NCBI GenBank assembly: GCA_046540255.1
Contig: JBKHFJ010000005.1
Coordinates: 9,898-73,897, forward strand
Direction of reading: 5' to 3'
Length of the DNA: 64,000 bases
From: Methanomassiliicoccales archaeon
GTDB lineage: Archaea; Thermoplasmatota; Thermoplasmata; Methanomassiliicoccales; JAAEEP01
Part shown: positions 29,359 through 39,186 of the stretch, piece after piece
Position numbering within the stretch: the first letter of the stretch is position 1
How the letters are laid out: each line of letters starts with the position of its first letter
Made by a program: the position numbers and the translations under genes
The notes under the pieces: model-generated
What the model was told of the DNA's origin: nothing
Seen by the model: only the letters and a program-made list of their open reading frames with translations
The model's database searches: none

Positions 29359-31116
29359 TCATATGGAGTGGCCGCAGGACCTGCAGACGAAGGCCCCCTC
29401 CTCCGCCTGGATATGGTTGCCGCATATCGGGCACTCCACCCTCTCATTGACGGTCAGCACCTGACCCGGCTTGGACCCCTCCCTGTAGACGGTGATCCCC
29501 TTGCATCCCAGCCGGTGGGCCAGCCTGTACACCGAATCCACCTGGTCCACCCCTGCCACATGGGGAAGGTTGATGGTCTTGGACACGGCGTTGTCCACCC
29601 TCTCCTGGAAGGCCGCCTGCATCATGACCTGGTCCCGCGGGGCGACGTCGTGGGCGGTGACGAACAGCTCCCTCAGGTCCTCCGGTATCTCCTCCAGACC
29701 CTGGATGGAGTGCCTCTCCTCCACCTTTGACATGAGCTCCTCGGAGTAGAGGCCCCTCTCCTGGCATTCCCGCTCGAACAGCGGATTGACCTCCCGCAGG
29801 TGCTCCCCCTCCATCACGTGCTTGGTGGTGGTGATGGCGTACAGGGGCTCGATGCCGGAGGAGCAACCGGCGATCATGGAGATGGTGCCGGTGGGGGCGA
29901 CGCTGAGCACTGTCAAATTCCTGCGGGGCGGATCGTACACGCTACGATCGATGTTCGGGAAGTCCCCCCTCTCCTCCCCCAAACGCCTGGTGGCCTCCTC
30001 CGCCCGCTCCCTCATGAAGCCCACCAGCTCTCTGGCGAAGGAGAGGGAGCCTTCCGAGCCGTAGGGGAGCCCCAGCTCGATCAGGCAGTCGGCCAGCCCC
30101 ATCACACCCAGGCCCACCTTGCGATTCCCACTGACCACCTCTTCAGTCCGGGGTATGGGGAACCTGCTGGCATCGATCACGTCGTCCAGAAAGGTGATCC
30201 CCAGGTCGATCAAGTATTCGAAGCGATCCCAGTCGAACCCGTCCCCCTCCGCCAGGAGGGCCAGGTTGATCGATCCCAGGTTGCAGGCCTCGAACGGCAG
30301 CAGGGGGACCTCCCCGCAGGGATTGGTGGCATCGATCCTCCCCAGGGCCGGGGCGGGGTTCCTCCGGTTGACCTCGTCGATGAAGATCATCCCGGGATCG
30401 CCAGTCCTCCAGGCCATCTCCGCGATCTCCCCCATGAGCTCCGAGGCGTCCACCGATCCTGTCCTCCCTCCGGTGCGTGGATTGATCAGGTCCATCTCCT
30501 CTCCCCTGGAGGACTTCTCCATGAACTCGTCGGTGGCCGCCACCGAGATGTTGAAGTTGGTCAGGGAGGCCAGGTCCTCCTTGGCGTGTACGAACTCCCG
30601 TATGTCCGGGTGGTCCACCCGCAGGATGCCCATGGAGGCACCCCGCCTCCTGCCCCCCTGCTTGACCGCCTCGGTGGCCGAGTCGAACACACGCATGAAG
30701 GAGACCGGACCGGAGGCCACGCCCCCGGTCGATCTGACCACGTCCCCCGAGGGTCGCAGGGAGGAGAAGGAGAAGCCGGTCCCCCCTCCGGACTGATGGA
30801 TCATGGCCGAGTGCTTCACCGCGTCGTATATGCCCTCGATGGAGTCGACAACCGGTATCACGAAGCAGGCGGATAGCTGCTGTATCTCGGTCCCCGCGTT
30901 CATCAGGGTGGGGGAGTTGGGGAGGAACTCCAGCCCGGCCATCGCCTCGTAGAACTCCTCGGCCCTCCCCTTCCGGGGATCGACCGAGGCCACGTTCCTC
31001 GCCACGCGCCAGAACATCTGGGCGGGCGTCTCCACCACCTCCCCCCTATCGTCCTTGAGCAGGTAGCGGTTCCTGAGGATCCTGATGGCGTTCCGGGAGA
31101 GGGAGGGGGCCTTCAT
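29359..31116 (-). CDS. nrdJ: adenosylcobalamin-dependent (class II) ribonucleotide reductase
   Basis: LSRNAIRILRNRYLLKDDRGEVVETPAQMFWRVA…NPCGE…, with a C-terminal Zn ribbon CPICGN…CRSCGH. The internal ATG 31116 gives the canonical N-terminus; the track ORF starts at 31227. Confidence 0.85.
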   Translation of the reverse strand: MKAPSLSRNAIRILRNRYLLKDDRGEVVETPAQMFWRVARNVASVDPRKGRAEEFYEAMAGLEFLPNSPTLMNAGTEIQQLSACFVIPVVDSIEGIYDAVKHSAMIHQSGGGTGFSFSSLRPSGDVVRSTGGVASGPVSFMRVFDSATEAVKQGGRRRGASMGILRVDHPDIREFVHAKEDLASLTNFNISVAATDEFMEKSSRGEEMDLINPRTGGRTGSVDASELMGEIAEMAWRTGDPGMIFIDEVNRRNPAPALGRIDATNPCGEVPLLPFEACNLGSINLALLAEGDGFDWDRFEYLIDLGITFLDDVIDASRFPIPRTEEVVSGNRKVGLGVMGLADCLIELGLPYGSEGSLSFARELVGFMRERAEEATRRLGEERGDFPNIDRSVYDPPRRNLTVLSVAPTGTISMIAGCSSGIEPLYAITTTKHVMEGEHLREVNPLFERECQERGLYSEELMSKVEERHSIQGLEEIPEDLRELFVTAHDVAPRDQVMMQAAFQERVDNAVSKTINLPHVAGVDQVDSVYRLAHRLGCKGITVYREGSKPGQVLTVNERVECPICGNHIQAEEGAFVCRSCGHSI

Positions 31117-31226
31117 CGCACATTCTATTGAGACGGACGAAAAAAGACTTTTCGCACCTGTGGCCGGGTTACCTTTTAATAAGTCTTGGTCCGTCCACTT
31201 TTGTAAATTCGAAGGAGCGATCGACA

Positions 31227-31445
31227 ATGGCTGTCAAGAAGTGGAGTAGCGAGGAGTTGGGTCTGGACATAGAGATCGATTACGACCTGTGCGTGGGACA
31301 CGGGGACTGCGTGGAGGAGTGCCCCACCGACGTGTACGAGCTGCAGGACGGGAAGGCGGTCGTCGTGGACATCGATGAGTGCATCGAGTGCTGCGTGTGC
31401 GTGGACGCCTGCCCAGAGGGGGCGATCAAGCACAGCAGCTGCTGA
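31227..31445 (+). CDS. 2x[4Fe-4S]-type ferredoxin
   Basis: 72 aa with CVGHGDCVEECP and CIECCVCVDACP. GAAGGAG lies 10 nt upstream of the ATG. It is divergent from nrdJ. Confidence 0.8.
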   Translation: MAVKKWSSEELGLDIEIDYDLCVGHGDCVEECPTDVYELQDGKAVVVDIDECIECCVCVDACPEGAIKHSSC

Positions 31446-31493
31446 GATTCCCGAGTATAATTATAAGTACACAGCCTCCGTTGGTCATCTGGA

Positions 31494-31739
31494 ATGGCTA
31501 TGAGGTACGGGGTGAGCACCAAGCTGCCTGCGGAGAAGGTAATCGAGAAGGCGATCGATTTCTTCGGGAACCTCGGACTGGAACTGACCCAGAGGTCCGA
31601 TGACGGGCTCTGCCTGGAGGGGGGCGGCGGTCACGTGACGCTCTCCCTGTGTCCAGATGGTACAGGCACCGAGGTGGAGATCGAGACCCGGGAGTGGGAT
31701 CGGAAGGTGAAGGAGTTCATCCAGCGCATAGGTGGATGA
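31494..31739 (+). CDS. small hypothetical protein
   Basis: 81-aa ORF ending 10 nt before the uxaA-like ATG. No family recognised. Confidence 0.4.
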   Translation: MAMRYGVSTKLPAEKVIEKAIDFFGNLGLELTQRSDDGLCLEGGGGHVTLSLCPDGTGTEVEIETREWDRKVKEFIQRIGG

Positions 31740-31749
31740 GGGTGGATGG

Positions 31750-32916
31750 ATGAAAGCGCCGACCTTCATGGGTTACCCACGCGAGGACGGCGCCACGGGC
31801 ACGAGGAACCTGCTGGGCGTGATCTCGACCGTCTCCTGTGCCAACGAGTTCGCCCGATGGTGCTCCACCGGGGAGTCGGTGAGGACGTTCTACCATGGTC
31901 AGGGATGCTGCCAGACCTCTCCGGACCTGGAGAGGGTGGAGCGCACCCTGGTCTCGCTGGGAAGCCACCCCAATCTCGCCGGCGTCCTCTTGGTGGGCCT
32001 GGGCTGCGAGAGCGTCCCGGTGGAGAGGCTGGCCGACTCGATAGCCGCCTCCGGGAAACCGGTGGAGACGGTGGTCCTCCAGGAGGACGGGGGTGCCGAG
32101 AGGGGAGCCGGGTTGGCCAGGGAAAGGCTGGAGAGGATGCGGAGGGACCAGCTGGGAGCGGAGAGGGAGGAGGTGGATCTCTCCTCCCTGCTTTTGGGCA
32201 TCAAGTGTGGGGGATCGGACACCACTTCCGGCCTGGTCTCCAACCCGGCCCTGGGAAGGGCGGTGGACGCCCTCCTTGACCTGGGGGGCGGCTGCGCCTT
32301 CGGGGAGACCACGGAGCTGATCGGGGCGGAGGGGCTCATCGTGCCCCGGGGGAGGATCTACGCCGTGCAGAGGGAGATCGAGGAGACCATCCTGGCCATG
32401 GAGAGGAGGGCCGAGAGGTCGGGCGTGGACATGCGCGGTGGCCAGCCCACCGGTGGCAACATCAAGGGGGGCCTTTCCACCATAGAGGAGAAGTCCCTGG
32501 GGGCGGCCGTGAAGACCGGGTCCCACCCCATAGACGGGGTGGTTAGGTACGGGGACAGGATCGCCTCCAAGGGCCTGTACTTCGTGGATACCCCCGGGAG
32601 GGAGCCGGAGTTCCTCACCGGGATCGCCGCCGCGGGCGCCCAGCTGATGTGCTTCACCACCGGGAGGGGGGCACCGCACGGGTTCCCATTCATGCCCATC
32701 ATCAAGATCACCGGCAATCCCCGCACCGCCGCCGCCTTGGAGGGGCACATCGACGTGGATGTCAGCGACGTGCTCGCCGGGGACACCACCCTCGACGGGG
32801 CCGGCCAGAGGATCCTCGATTCCATCATCTCGGTGGCATCGGGAGAGCGCCCCAAGGCCGAGGTAATGGGCTACGATCAATCGATGAACATCTACGCCAC
32901 CGGCCCGGTGATCTGA
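31750..32916 (+). CDS. UxaA-family (altronate/galactarate dehydratase-like) hydro-lyase large subunit
   Basis: …LLVGLGCE…IKCGGSDTTSG…GETTELIGAE…GNIKGGLSTIEEKSLGA…FTTGRG… is the UxaA/GarD C-terminal domain pattern. No SAF domain is present. Confidence 0.7.
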   Translation: MKAPTFMGYPREDGATGTRNLLGVISTVSCANEFARWCSTGESVRTFYHGQGCCQTSPDLERVERTLVSLGSHPNLAGVLLVGLGCESVPVERLADSIAASGKPVETVVLQEDGGAERGAGLARERLERMRRDQLGAEREEVDLSSLLLGIKCGGSDTTSGLVSNPALGRAVDALLDLGGGCAFGETTELIGAEGLIVPRGRIYAVQREIEETILAMERRAERSGVDMRGGQPTGGNIKGGLSTIEEKSLGAAVKTGSHPIDGVVRYGDRIASKGLYFVDTPGREPEFLTGIAAAGAQLMCFTTGRGAPHGFPFMPIIKITGNPRTAAALEGHIDVDVSDVLAGDTTLDGAGQRILDSIISVASGERPKAEVMGYDQSMNIYATGPVI

Positions 32917-32918
32917 GC

Positions 32919-33626
32919 TCAGCTGGCCTCGAACTCGTTGGCGAAGCCCTCGCCCCTGATGATCACCTTGGGCACGTAGTTGATGAGCCGCCTGCCCATC
33001 TTCACCATGTCGGATTCGTCCGGACCCGGTACATCGATGCCCCTAAAAGGCCTCTCGTTCCCGGGATCGGAGAGGAACTGCAGGAGCACCGCCTCGGTGG
33101 CCCTGCCCTGTATGCTCTCCCCCACCCCGTCTATGTTCTCCGGGGTCACGAATCCGGGGATGACCCTAATCCAGATGCGTACCTGCCGACCCTTGAGCAG
33201 GTCCAGGGTCCTCCCCAGGTTCTCCACGTAGCGGCCCGCCTTCTCCCGGCTCAGCCCGGTCAGCTCGGCGTTGCACCCGATGTCATCCAGAGGGCACTTC
33301 ATCTCCACCACGTACAGGTCCACCTTCCCCAGGGTCTCCTTCAGTTCCTCCGGGTAGTACCCGCTGGTCTTGAGGACGATCCGCTTGTCCTTCATCCTGG
33401 ACAGCCTGTCCATGAACTCTTTGATCTCCCTCCGCTGCAGTAGCGGTTCGGCTCCCCCAACATAGATGTCCCCCACATCCGGATCGGCCAAGAACTCCAG
33501 GACCTCCATCATGTCCTTCTCCTCCCACTCGCTGTCGTTATGGGTGCAGTATCCGCACCTGAGCGGGCATCCGAAGAGGTCGATCTTGGCCCTTCCGTGT
33601 GATTTCTCCATGCCGATGAGCCGCAT
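32919..33626 (-). CDS. radical SAM activase-like protein (PflA/NrdG-like)
   Basis: CPLRCGYC CxxxCxxC motif near the N-terminus and GGAEPLL. 235 aa. Confidence 0.7.
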   Translation of the reverse strand: MRLIGMEKSHGRAKIDLFGCPLRCGYCTHNDSEWEEKDMMEVLEFLADPDVGDIYVGGAEPLLQRREIKEFMDRLSRMKDKRIVLKTSGYYPEELKETLGKVDLYVVEMKCPLDDIGCNAELTGLSREKAGRYVENLGRTLDLLKGRQVRIWIRVIPGFVTPENIDGVGESIQGRATEAVLLQFLSDPGNERPFRGIDVPGPDESDMVKMGRRLINYVPKVIIRGEGFANEFEAS

Positions 33627-33783
33627 CGGTCCAGATTAGCATTCCCTACATAGATAACGGTTTTGCCCTTTCAAGGAGGGGGGCTCGTCCGATCGTGGTC
33701 TTTGAACCCGCCGCGGGAAAGGAAGGCGTCCCGCATCATCGCCTCAGGGGTCTCTGCAGGCCAAAGGCATGCGAGTCCTCGCA

Positions 33784-34314
33784 TCAGGAGCAGCTGGAGA
33801 CGACCTCGTCGGAGATCCCCTCCAGCTTCCTCAACTTGAGGTCGTAGTGGCTCTTCGGATCGAGGCTTATGATGATGTTGCCCCCGTGGTCCTCAATGTA
33901 CTCCTCGGTTCTCCTGAGGACCTCCAGAACGGGTCTCCATCCGTTCCACTTCTCCAGGACGTCTAGGCCGTTCAGCACCACGATCCCGCCTTGATTGTTC
34001 GAGAAGAAGTCGATGATGGCACTCTCGAAGGCCTCCAGGTTCATGGGGGGTATACAAGCGGTCTCCACCCTGGGGCTGAGCCATCTGGTGTCCAGCACCC
34101 CGTTGTCGAAAGTCAACTGGGTCCTGAGCAGCTCCGGTGCGTTCTTGGATATGTACAGCGCCTTTCTTCCTTGGGACAGCTCCTTCCTCACCAACTGATG
34201 GGTTCTCAGGGGAACCCTCTCCTTGAACAGATACAGCCTACCTTTTGAAACATCCAATATATCTCCCCCTTTCAACGATTGATAATACCTCATATGTATT
34301 TCCGGATTTCCCAC
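33784..34314 (-). CDS. DUF835 domain protein (copy 3)
   Basis: GRKALYISKNAPELLRTQ…RWLS…IVVLNGLDVLEKWN…IIISLDPKSHYDLKLRKL. The architecture matches copies 1 and 2. Confidence 0.6.
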   Translation of the reverse strand: MGNPEIHMRYYQSLKGGDILDVSKGRLYLFKERVPLRTHQLVRKELSQGRKALYISKNAPELLRTQLTFDNGVLDTRWLSPRVETACIPPMNLEAFESAIIDFFSNNQGGIVVLNGLDVLEKWNGWRPVLEVLRRTEEYIEDHGGNIIISLDPKSHYDLKLRKLEGISDEVVSSCS

Positions 34315-34431
34315 GGATTGATTGCCAAAGCTACATTTAATCCGCAGAATGGGCGGATAATCTTACAATCGAAATCATAGGGGGGAAATCTGGATAGGCC
34401 GCCCTAGAGCGGGCGCTGCCCCACGATCGGA

Positions 34432-34860
34432 TCATATGCGAAAGTACCACCTCACCCGGCGCCTTGAGAGGTAGTAGAGGAACAGGGAGGCCAGAAGTAT
34501 GCCCATGACCGAGGTGTACATGGTGGAGAGGGAGATGTTCACCAGGGCGTTGGCCACGTGGCTCACCAAAGAGATCACCCCCATCACCATTCCCAAGGTC
34601 CAGGCCCACCACTCCCCCCTGAGGAGGCCGTAGCAGAGGAGTAGGAAGACGATGCCGAGGATCAGGAGGGCCACCCCCACCGAGGTGAAGATGGCCTGGG
34701 CATGATCGACCAGGAAGCGGTTGCGACCCTCCATCAGTCCCTGCAGGTCGGCGTCCATGCTGACCAGCAGATACGCTACGGCCTCCAGCAGGTATATGAG
34801 GCCCAGGAGCAGGGCGAGCAGCGATAGGAAGGTGACCCCCAACGGACGTCTCCTCGCCAT
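34432..34860 (-). CDS. small integral membrane protein (4 predicted TM helices)
   Basis: Hydrophobic segments run throughout. ATG 34860 is ~30 nt downstream of the AT-rich tract 34885-34899. Confidence 0.5.
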   Translation of the reverse strand: MARRRPLGVTFLSLLALLLGLIYLLEAVAYLLVSMDADLQGLMEGRNRFLVDHAQAIFTSVGVALLILGIVFLLLCYGLLRGEWWAWTLGMVMGVISLVSHVANALVNISLSTMYTSVMGILLASLFLYYLSRRRVRWYFRI

Positions 34861-34917
34861 ACCATGAACGAAACCGGCGGTGCGTAATAATACTTTATTC
34901 CTGAGAATCAAAATGTG

Positions 34918-35212
34918 CCAGGTGAGGGTAGTAGGCCCCCTTCTGTTTCAGGCGGCATTCAACTGAGCACCCTACCCGCTGGTTTCGAGAAGTCAACCCA
35001 GCTGTTTGGGCTTGCTCCGGTGGGGAGTCGCCGTTTCACCAAATCCCCGACCAACGTCACCGCCGGACGGATCATCCTCGGTCGGGGCTGTGTCGTTTCT
35101 GCGCCCTTGCCTGGGCTCTCGCCCAACCACTCGCGTGGTCCACCTTCTCGCGGAGGGGGGACCTTCCTCAGCGCGGTCGTAGCCGCACCGTCGGCCGCCC
35201 TCCCTCTCCTGG
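34918..35212 (-). ncRNA. rnpB: RNase P RNA (archaeal type A-like)
   Basis: On the minus strand: terminal helix CCAGGAGAGGG (35212-35202) with CCCUCACCUGG (34928-34918). CR-I-like GAGGAAGGUCC (35169-35159). GGAGCAAGCCCAAACAGC (35018-35001; compare bacterial GGAGCAAGGCCAAAUAGG). AGUUGAAUG followed by ACAGAAGGGGGCCUAC (34946-34931; compare ACAGAACCCGGCUUA). TATA ttaaatat lies ~26 nt upstream and a UUUU run follows the 3' end. Confidence 0.78.
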
Positions 35213-35265
35213 CGGTCCTTCCACCAACGTTCCGATATTTAAGGATAACTGTGATGAGGGGCCGC

Positions 35266-35703
35266 TCACTCGGTCAGGAAGTCCGACTCCTCCAGCAGGT
35301 GGGCGCCTCTGTTGAGCAGCCTCCTTATGGCCTCCTCTACCCGGTCCACCCTCAGTATGAGGACGGCCGCCCTCTTCCCGCTGTACGCGTACGAGTACTC
35401 GATGTTGATGTCGGCCTCCTCCAGGATCGAGGCCACCTCCCCCAGCCCGCCGGGCTCGTCCCTCATCTCCACCGCGATAACCTCGGTGGTGGACACGGTG
35501 AACCCCAGGTCGGTGAGCTTCCTGTAGGCCCTGTCCGGCTGGTCCACCAGTGCCCGGATTACCCCGAAACCGTCGGCCTCTGCGATGCTGAATGCCAGCA
35601 TGTTGATGTCCTCCTCCTGAAGGGCACGGGACATCTTGGCGAGCCTCCCCGGCCTGTTCTCCGAGAAGACCGATATCTGCTTGATCATATGGTGATGTAC
35701 CAT
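35266..35703 (-). CDS. tandem ACT-domain protein
   Basis: MIKQISVFSENRPGRLAKMSRAL… and …VIAVEMRDEPGGLGEVASIL… are two ACT repeats. The start overlaps the paaK stop (TGATG). Confidence 0.75.
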   Translation of the reverse strand: MVHHHMIKQISVFSENRPGRLAKMSRALQEEDINMLAFSIAEADGFGVIRALVDQPDRAYRKLTDLGFTVSTTEVIAVEMRDEPGGLGEVASILEEADINIEYSYAYSGKRAAVLILRVDRVEEAIRRLLNRGAHLLEESDFLTE

Positions 35704-37004
35704 CAATCCTCCCTCCTGTCGATGACCCTCTGGGCCTTCCCTTGGAACCTGGGAAGGGAGCCCGGGTCGGCCAGCTCCACGTCCACCCCGATGTTCAGGG
35801 TGGTGCGCAGGCGGTGGGTCACCCTCCTCTTCATCTCCATCAGGTCCTTGATCTTGTCGCTGAAGGCCTCCGGGCTCACCTCCACCCGGACCAGCATGCT
35901 GTCCAGGGACCCCTTGCGGTCCACCACGATCTGGAACTGGCTCCCCAGCTCCGGGATGGACATCAGGGCGTGCTCCACCTGGGAGGGGAAGACGTTCACC
36001 CCCCGGATGATGAGCATGTCGTCCACCCGGCCGGAGATGCGCTCAATGCGGGGGTGGGTCCTCCCGCATGGACATGAGCTCTCGGTCATTGAGGTCACGT
36101 CCCCCAACCTGTACCTGATGATGGGCATGGCCTCCTTCCTCAGCATGGTGATGGTGAGCTCCCCCTTCTCCCCCTCGGGCACACGCTCCCCGCTCTCCGG
36201 GTCGATCACCTCCACCAGGGCCAGGTCCCCCCACACGTGGATACCGTTCTGCTCCTCACACTCGGTGAACAGGGGGCCGGAGAGCTCCGAGGTCCCGTAT
36301 ATGTCGTAGGCCTTGATCCCCAGCCAGTCCTCCATCCTATCCCGCATCCTCTCCGACCAGGGCTCCGCACCCAGTATGCCCACCCTGAGCTCGGTGTCGT
36401 CCCTGATGGTCAGCCCCATCTCCTCCGCCACCTCTCCCATGTGCAGGAGGTAGGAGGGTGTGCAGGCGATGGCGGTCACCCTCATGTCCTGCATGAGCTC
36501 GATCTGCCTCTCGGTGTTCCCCACGCTGGTGGGGAGCACGGCGGCCCCGATCCTCTCGGCACCGTAGTGGAGGCCGAGGCCCCCGGTGAACAGGCCGTAC
36601 CCGTAGCTCACCTGGATGACATCACCTCTCCCCAGTCCGCAGGAGGTGAGGCCGCGGGCCAGCGAGGTGGTCCAGTGCTCCAGGTCCTGGTCGGTGTATC
36701 CCACCACGGTGGGCTTCCCGGTGGTGCCGGAGGAGGCGTGGTACCTGACCACCTCGTCCCTTGGCGAGGTGAACAGCTTGTCCGGGTAGTTGTCCCTGAG
36801 GTCGGCCTTGACCATGAAGGGGAGCTTGGTGACGTCCTCCAACCCTTGTATGTCGTCGGGATGGACGCCGTGCGCCCTCATCCTCTCCCTGTAGAAGGAC
36901 GAGAAGCTGTAGAGCCGGTAGACGGTCGTCTTCAAGAGCCTGTACTGGAGCCGCTTGAGCTCCTCCTGGGGCATCTCCTCGATCCGGGGGTCCCATCTCC
37001 TCAA
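35703..37004 (-). CDS. paaK: phenylacetate-CoA ligase family (PaaK / coenzyme F390 synthetase-like) adenylating enzyme
   Basis: 433 aa with …LPFMVKADLRDNYP…YHASSGTTGKPTVVGYT… typical of PaaK. Confidence 0.85.
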   Translation of the reverse strand: MRRWDPRIEEMPQEELKRLQYRLLKTTVYRLYSFSSFYRERMRAHGVHPDDIQGLEDVTKLPFMVKADLRDNYPDKLFTSPRDEVVRYHASSGTTGKPTVVGYTDQDLEHWTTSLARGLTSCGLGRGDVIQVSYGYGLFTGGLGLHYGAERIGAAVLPTSVGNTERQIELMQDMRVTAIACTPSYLLHMGEVAEEMGLTIRDDTELRVGILGAEPWSERMRDRMEDWLGIKAYDIYGTSELSGPLFTECEEQNGIHVWGDLALVEVIDPESGERVPEGEKGELTITMLRKEAMPIIRYRLGDVTSMTESSCPCGRTHPRIERISGRVDDMLIIRGVNVFPSQVEHALMSIPELGSQFQIVVDRKGSLDSMLVRVEVSPEAFSDKIKDLMEMKRRVTHRLRTTLNIGVDVELADPGSLPRFQGKAQRVIDRRED

Positions 37005-37109
37005 GGTCTCACCTCATGGTGTGGCCTCTCAAGAAACTGGATTCCATTATATAACACTGTCTTTCCTTGTCACGCCCCTCAGTCGAAATCAAATATCAGA
37101 AGATTTCTA

Positions 37110-38150
37110 ATGTTGGCCGGCATGAGGAGCTCGGAGATCAGAAGGGACTGGATGAGCGGGGACTGGGTGATCATCTCCCCGCTCCGGGGAAATCGCCCCC
37201 TCCCCCATGTCAGGGAGGGGAGGGGGGAGGAGACCGAGGAGTGCCCCTTCTGCCCCGGGAACGAGCACATGACCCCTCCCGAGGTGTGGGCCGATAGGGA
37301 GGGGACGGAACCCGACACGCCGGGATGGAGGGTGCGGTCCTTTCCCAACATGTACCCCGCGCTGAGCGGGGGCGGTTGCGACGGCTTCCGGGGCAACGAG
37401 ATCCACCGGGTGATGAGGGGCTGCGGCGTGCACGAGGTGATCGTGGACTGCCCGGAGCATTACCTGCAGCCGGCCGACATGTCCCTGGAGCAGCTGGAGC
37501 GGATGCTCAACGCCTTCCGGGAGAGGTACGTGGACATCTCCGGCCGGGACCGGATCAAGTACGTGCAGATCTTCAGGAACCACGGCATGCAGGCGGGGAG
37601 GTCGATGACCCATCCCCACTCCCAGCTGGTGGCCACACCCCTCATCCCCAGCGTGGTCCAGAGGGAGATATGCCTGGCAGGCGAATACTTCCGGCGCACC
37701 GGTGGATGCCTGGCGGACGAGGCGCTGAGGAGGGAATTGAGCGAGGGCACCCGGGTGGTGACGGACAGCGACCGCTTCACCATAGTCTGCCCGTTCGCCG
37801 CCCAGAATCCCTACGAGATGTACATCTTCCAGAAGGAGGGCTCTCCCTCCTTCGAGAGCTCGTCCACCCACCTGCTGGCGGAGCTGGCCTCCCTCTTGAA
37901 GGACATACTCATGAGGATCGATTCCCATCTGGAGGACCCGCCGTACAACATCTACATCCACAGCGCGCCCTGCGACGGGGAGGACTACCCCTACTTCAGG
38001 TGGCACATCCACCTGGTGCCCAGGTTGATCGGGCTGGGGGGATTCGAGATGGGCACCGGCATAAGCATAAACTCCATGCCACCGGAGAGGTCCGCCCGGG
38101 CCCTCAGGGACGAGCTCACTCGAAGTACACCAGGGCGGCCCTCTTGGTGA
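37110..38150 (+). CDS. GalT-like HIT-family nucleotidyltransferase/phosphorylase
   Basis: CPFCPGNE zinc motif and HPHSQL (HxHxQ) active site. The real start is ATG 37110 (or 37122). The track ORF from 36237 is antisense read-through of paaK. Confidence 0.75.
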   Translation: MLAGMRSSEIRRDWMSGDWVIISPLRGNRPLPHVREGRGEETEECPFCPGNEHMTPPEVWADREGTEPDTPGWRVRSFPNMYPALSGGGCDGFRGNEIHRVMRGCGVHEVIVDCPEHYLQPADMSLEQLERMLNAFRERYVDISGRDRIKYVQIFRNHGMQAGRSMTHPHSQLVATPLIPSVVQREICLAGEYFRRTGGCLADEALRRELSEGTRVVTDSDRFTIVCPFAAQNPYEMYIFQKEGSPSFESSSTHLLAELASLLKDILMRIDSHLEDPPYNIYIHSAPCDGEDYPYFRWHIHLVPRLIGLGGFEMGTGISINSMPPERSARALRDELTRSTPGRPSW

Positions 38151-39186
38151 GGCCCTTGGTCAGGAGGATCAGGTCCCTCACCCGCATGGCCATGGACAGG
38201 GCGGGGAGGATCCCGCCTTCATGCAGGTTTTCCATGCTGTCCGCCAGATCCCCCTCCATGCGGTCGAGATGGTCCCGCATGCGCTTCTCGAACTCCAGGG
38301 CGGCCTTCCCGTTCTTGGAGAGTATGATGTCTTTCGCCTCCTCCAGGGCGGCCGAGCTTATCTCCAGGTTCTCCGCCACCTGCCTCCTCAGGCCCTCGTG
38401 GGCCGCCAGGGGGCTGAGTCCCTCCCCGCTCACCCTTTCCATCAGGTATTCCTGCGGGTATCTCAGTTCGTCCGGATCGATCCCCAGGGCCTGGCAGAAT
38501 GACTCCACCAGGCCGTACAGGTTGTCCCCGATCAGCTCCAGCATGTTGGCGACGGCCCACCGGTAGTTCATCTCCACGAAGCTCTTGGCCGGCAGCCTGC
38601 ACTCCGCCATCCCCCTGAATATCTGGAAGCTGAGCCTGTTGACGTCCTCCTTCTCTATGGCGTACATCATCCTGAGCAGGTGCACCGTCTTCCTGATATC
38701 CCCGTCGAACCTTCCCATCAGCTCGGTGGCCAGCCTCTCCGACTCGATGACCTTGTCGAAGAGCTGTGGGAACAGGGAGAACACGTCCTGGGTGGAGCCC
38801 TGCTTGTTCTCGTATCCGACCTCCTTCCGCCCCGCACTGATGGACAGGTTCTCGTCCAGGAACCGTATTGTGCCCCTCATCTCCCCCGCCAGGTCCTCGG
38901 ACAGATGGTCGTCATGGATGGAGAGGTCGTCCACGCCGTTGATGTAGGAGGAGAGGATGTGGTAGAGGATCTCCTCCTTCTGGGCGTTGTCCAGATGAAT
39001 GGACCTGCTCCTGTGGGTGAACAGGGGGGTGAGGATGAGCTGCTCACCGATGCTGACCATCTCCAGCCTCCTGTCGGACCGCTGCCTCTCCCCCCAGCCG
39101 TCGATCCATCCCTTGGGAAGGTAGATGGAGAAGCCGCCCTCGCCGGCCCGGGAGACCTTCTTGATCGAACGTATCTCCCCGGTCAC
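38116..39186 (-). CDS. AbrB/SpoVT-like N-domain + PhoU-like repeat protein (paralog 2)
   Basis: 356 aa from GTG 39186, overlapping the upstream stop (GTGA). N-terminus: KKVSRAGEGGFSIYLPKGWIDGW. The remainder is helical and PhoU-like. The track ORF to 40062 is an alternate-frame extension. Confidence 0.7.
   Translation of the reverse strand: MTGEIRSIKKVSRAGEGGFSIYLPKGWIDGWGERQRSDRRLEMVSIGEQLILTPLFTHRSRSIHLDNAQKEEILYHILSSYINGVDDLSIHDDHLSEDLAGEMRGTIRFLDENLSISAGRKEVGYENKQGSTQDVFSLFPQLFDKVIESERLATELMGRFDGDIRKTVHLLRMMYAIEKEDVNRLSFQIFRGMAECRLPAKSFVEMNYRWAVANMLELIGDNLYGLVESFCQALGIDPDELRYPQEYLMERVSGEGLSPLAAHEGLRRQVAENLEISSAALEEAKDIILSKNGKAALEFEKRMRDHLDRMEGDLADSMENLHEGGILPALSMAMRVRDLILLTKGLTKRAALVYFE

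Noticed and set aside
29359-31227. Full 622-aa NrdJ ORF with a 37-aa N-terminal extension that abuts the ferredoxin start.
   Set aside because: The canonical RNR N-terminus (LSRNAIRILRNRYL) begins right after the internal Met at 31116. The extension would consume the whole divergent promoter region.
34915-36309. 464-aa plus-strand ORF.
   Set aside because: Its first part covers the RNase P RNA locus. The rest is antisense to the ACT and PaaK genes, and the sequence has no protein-like features.
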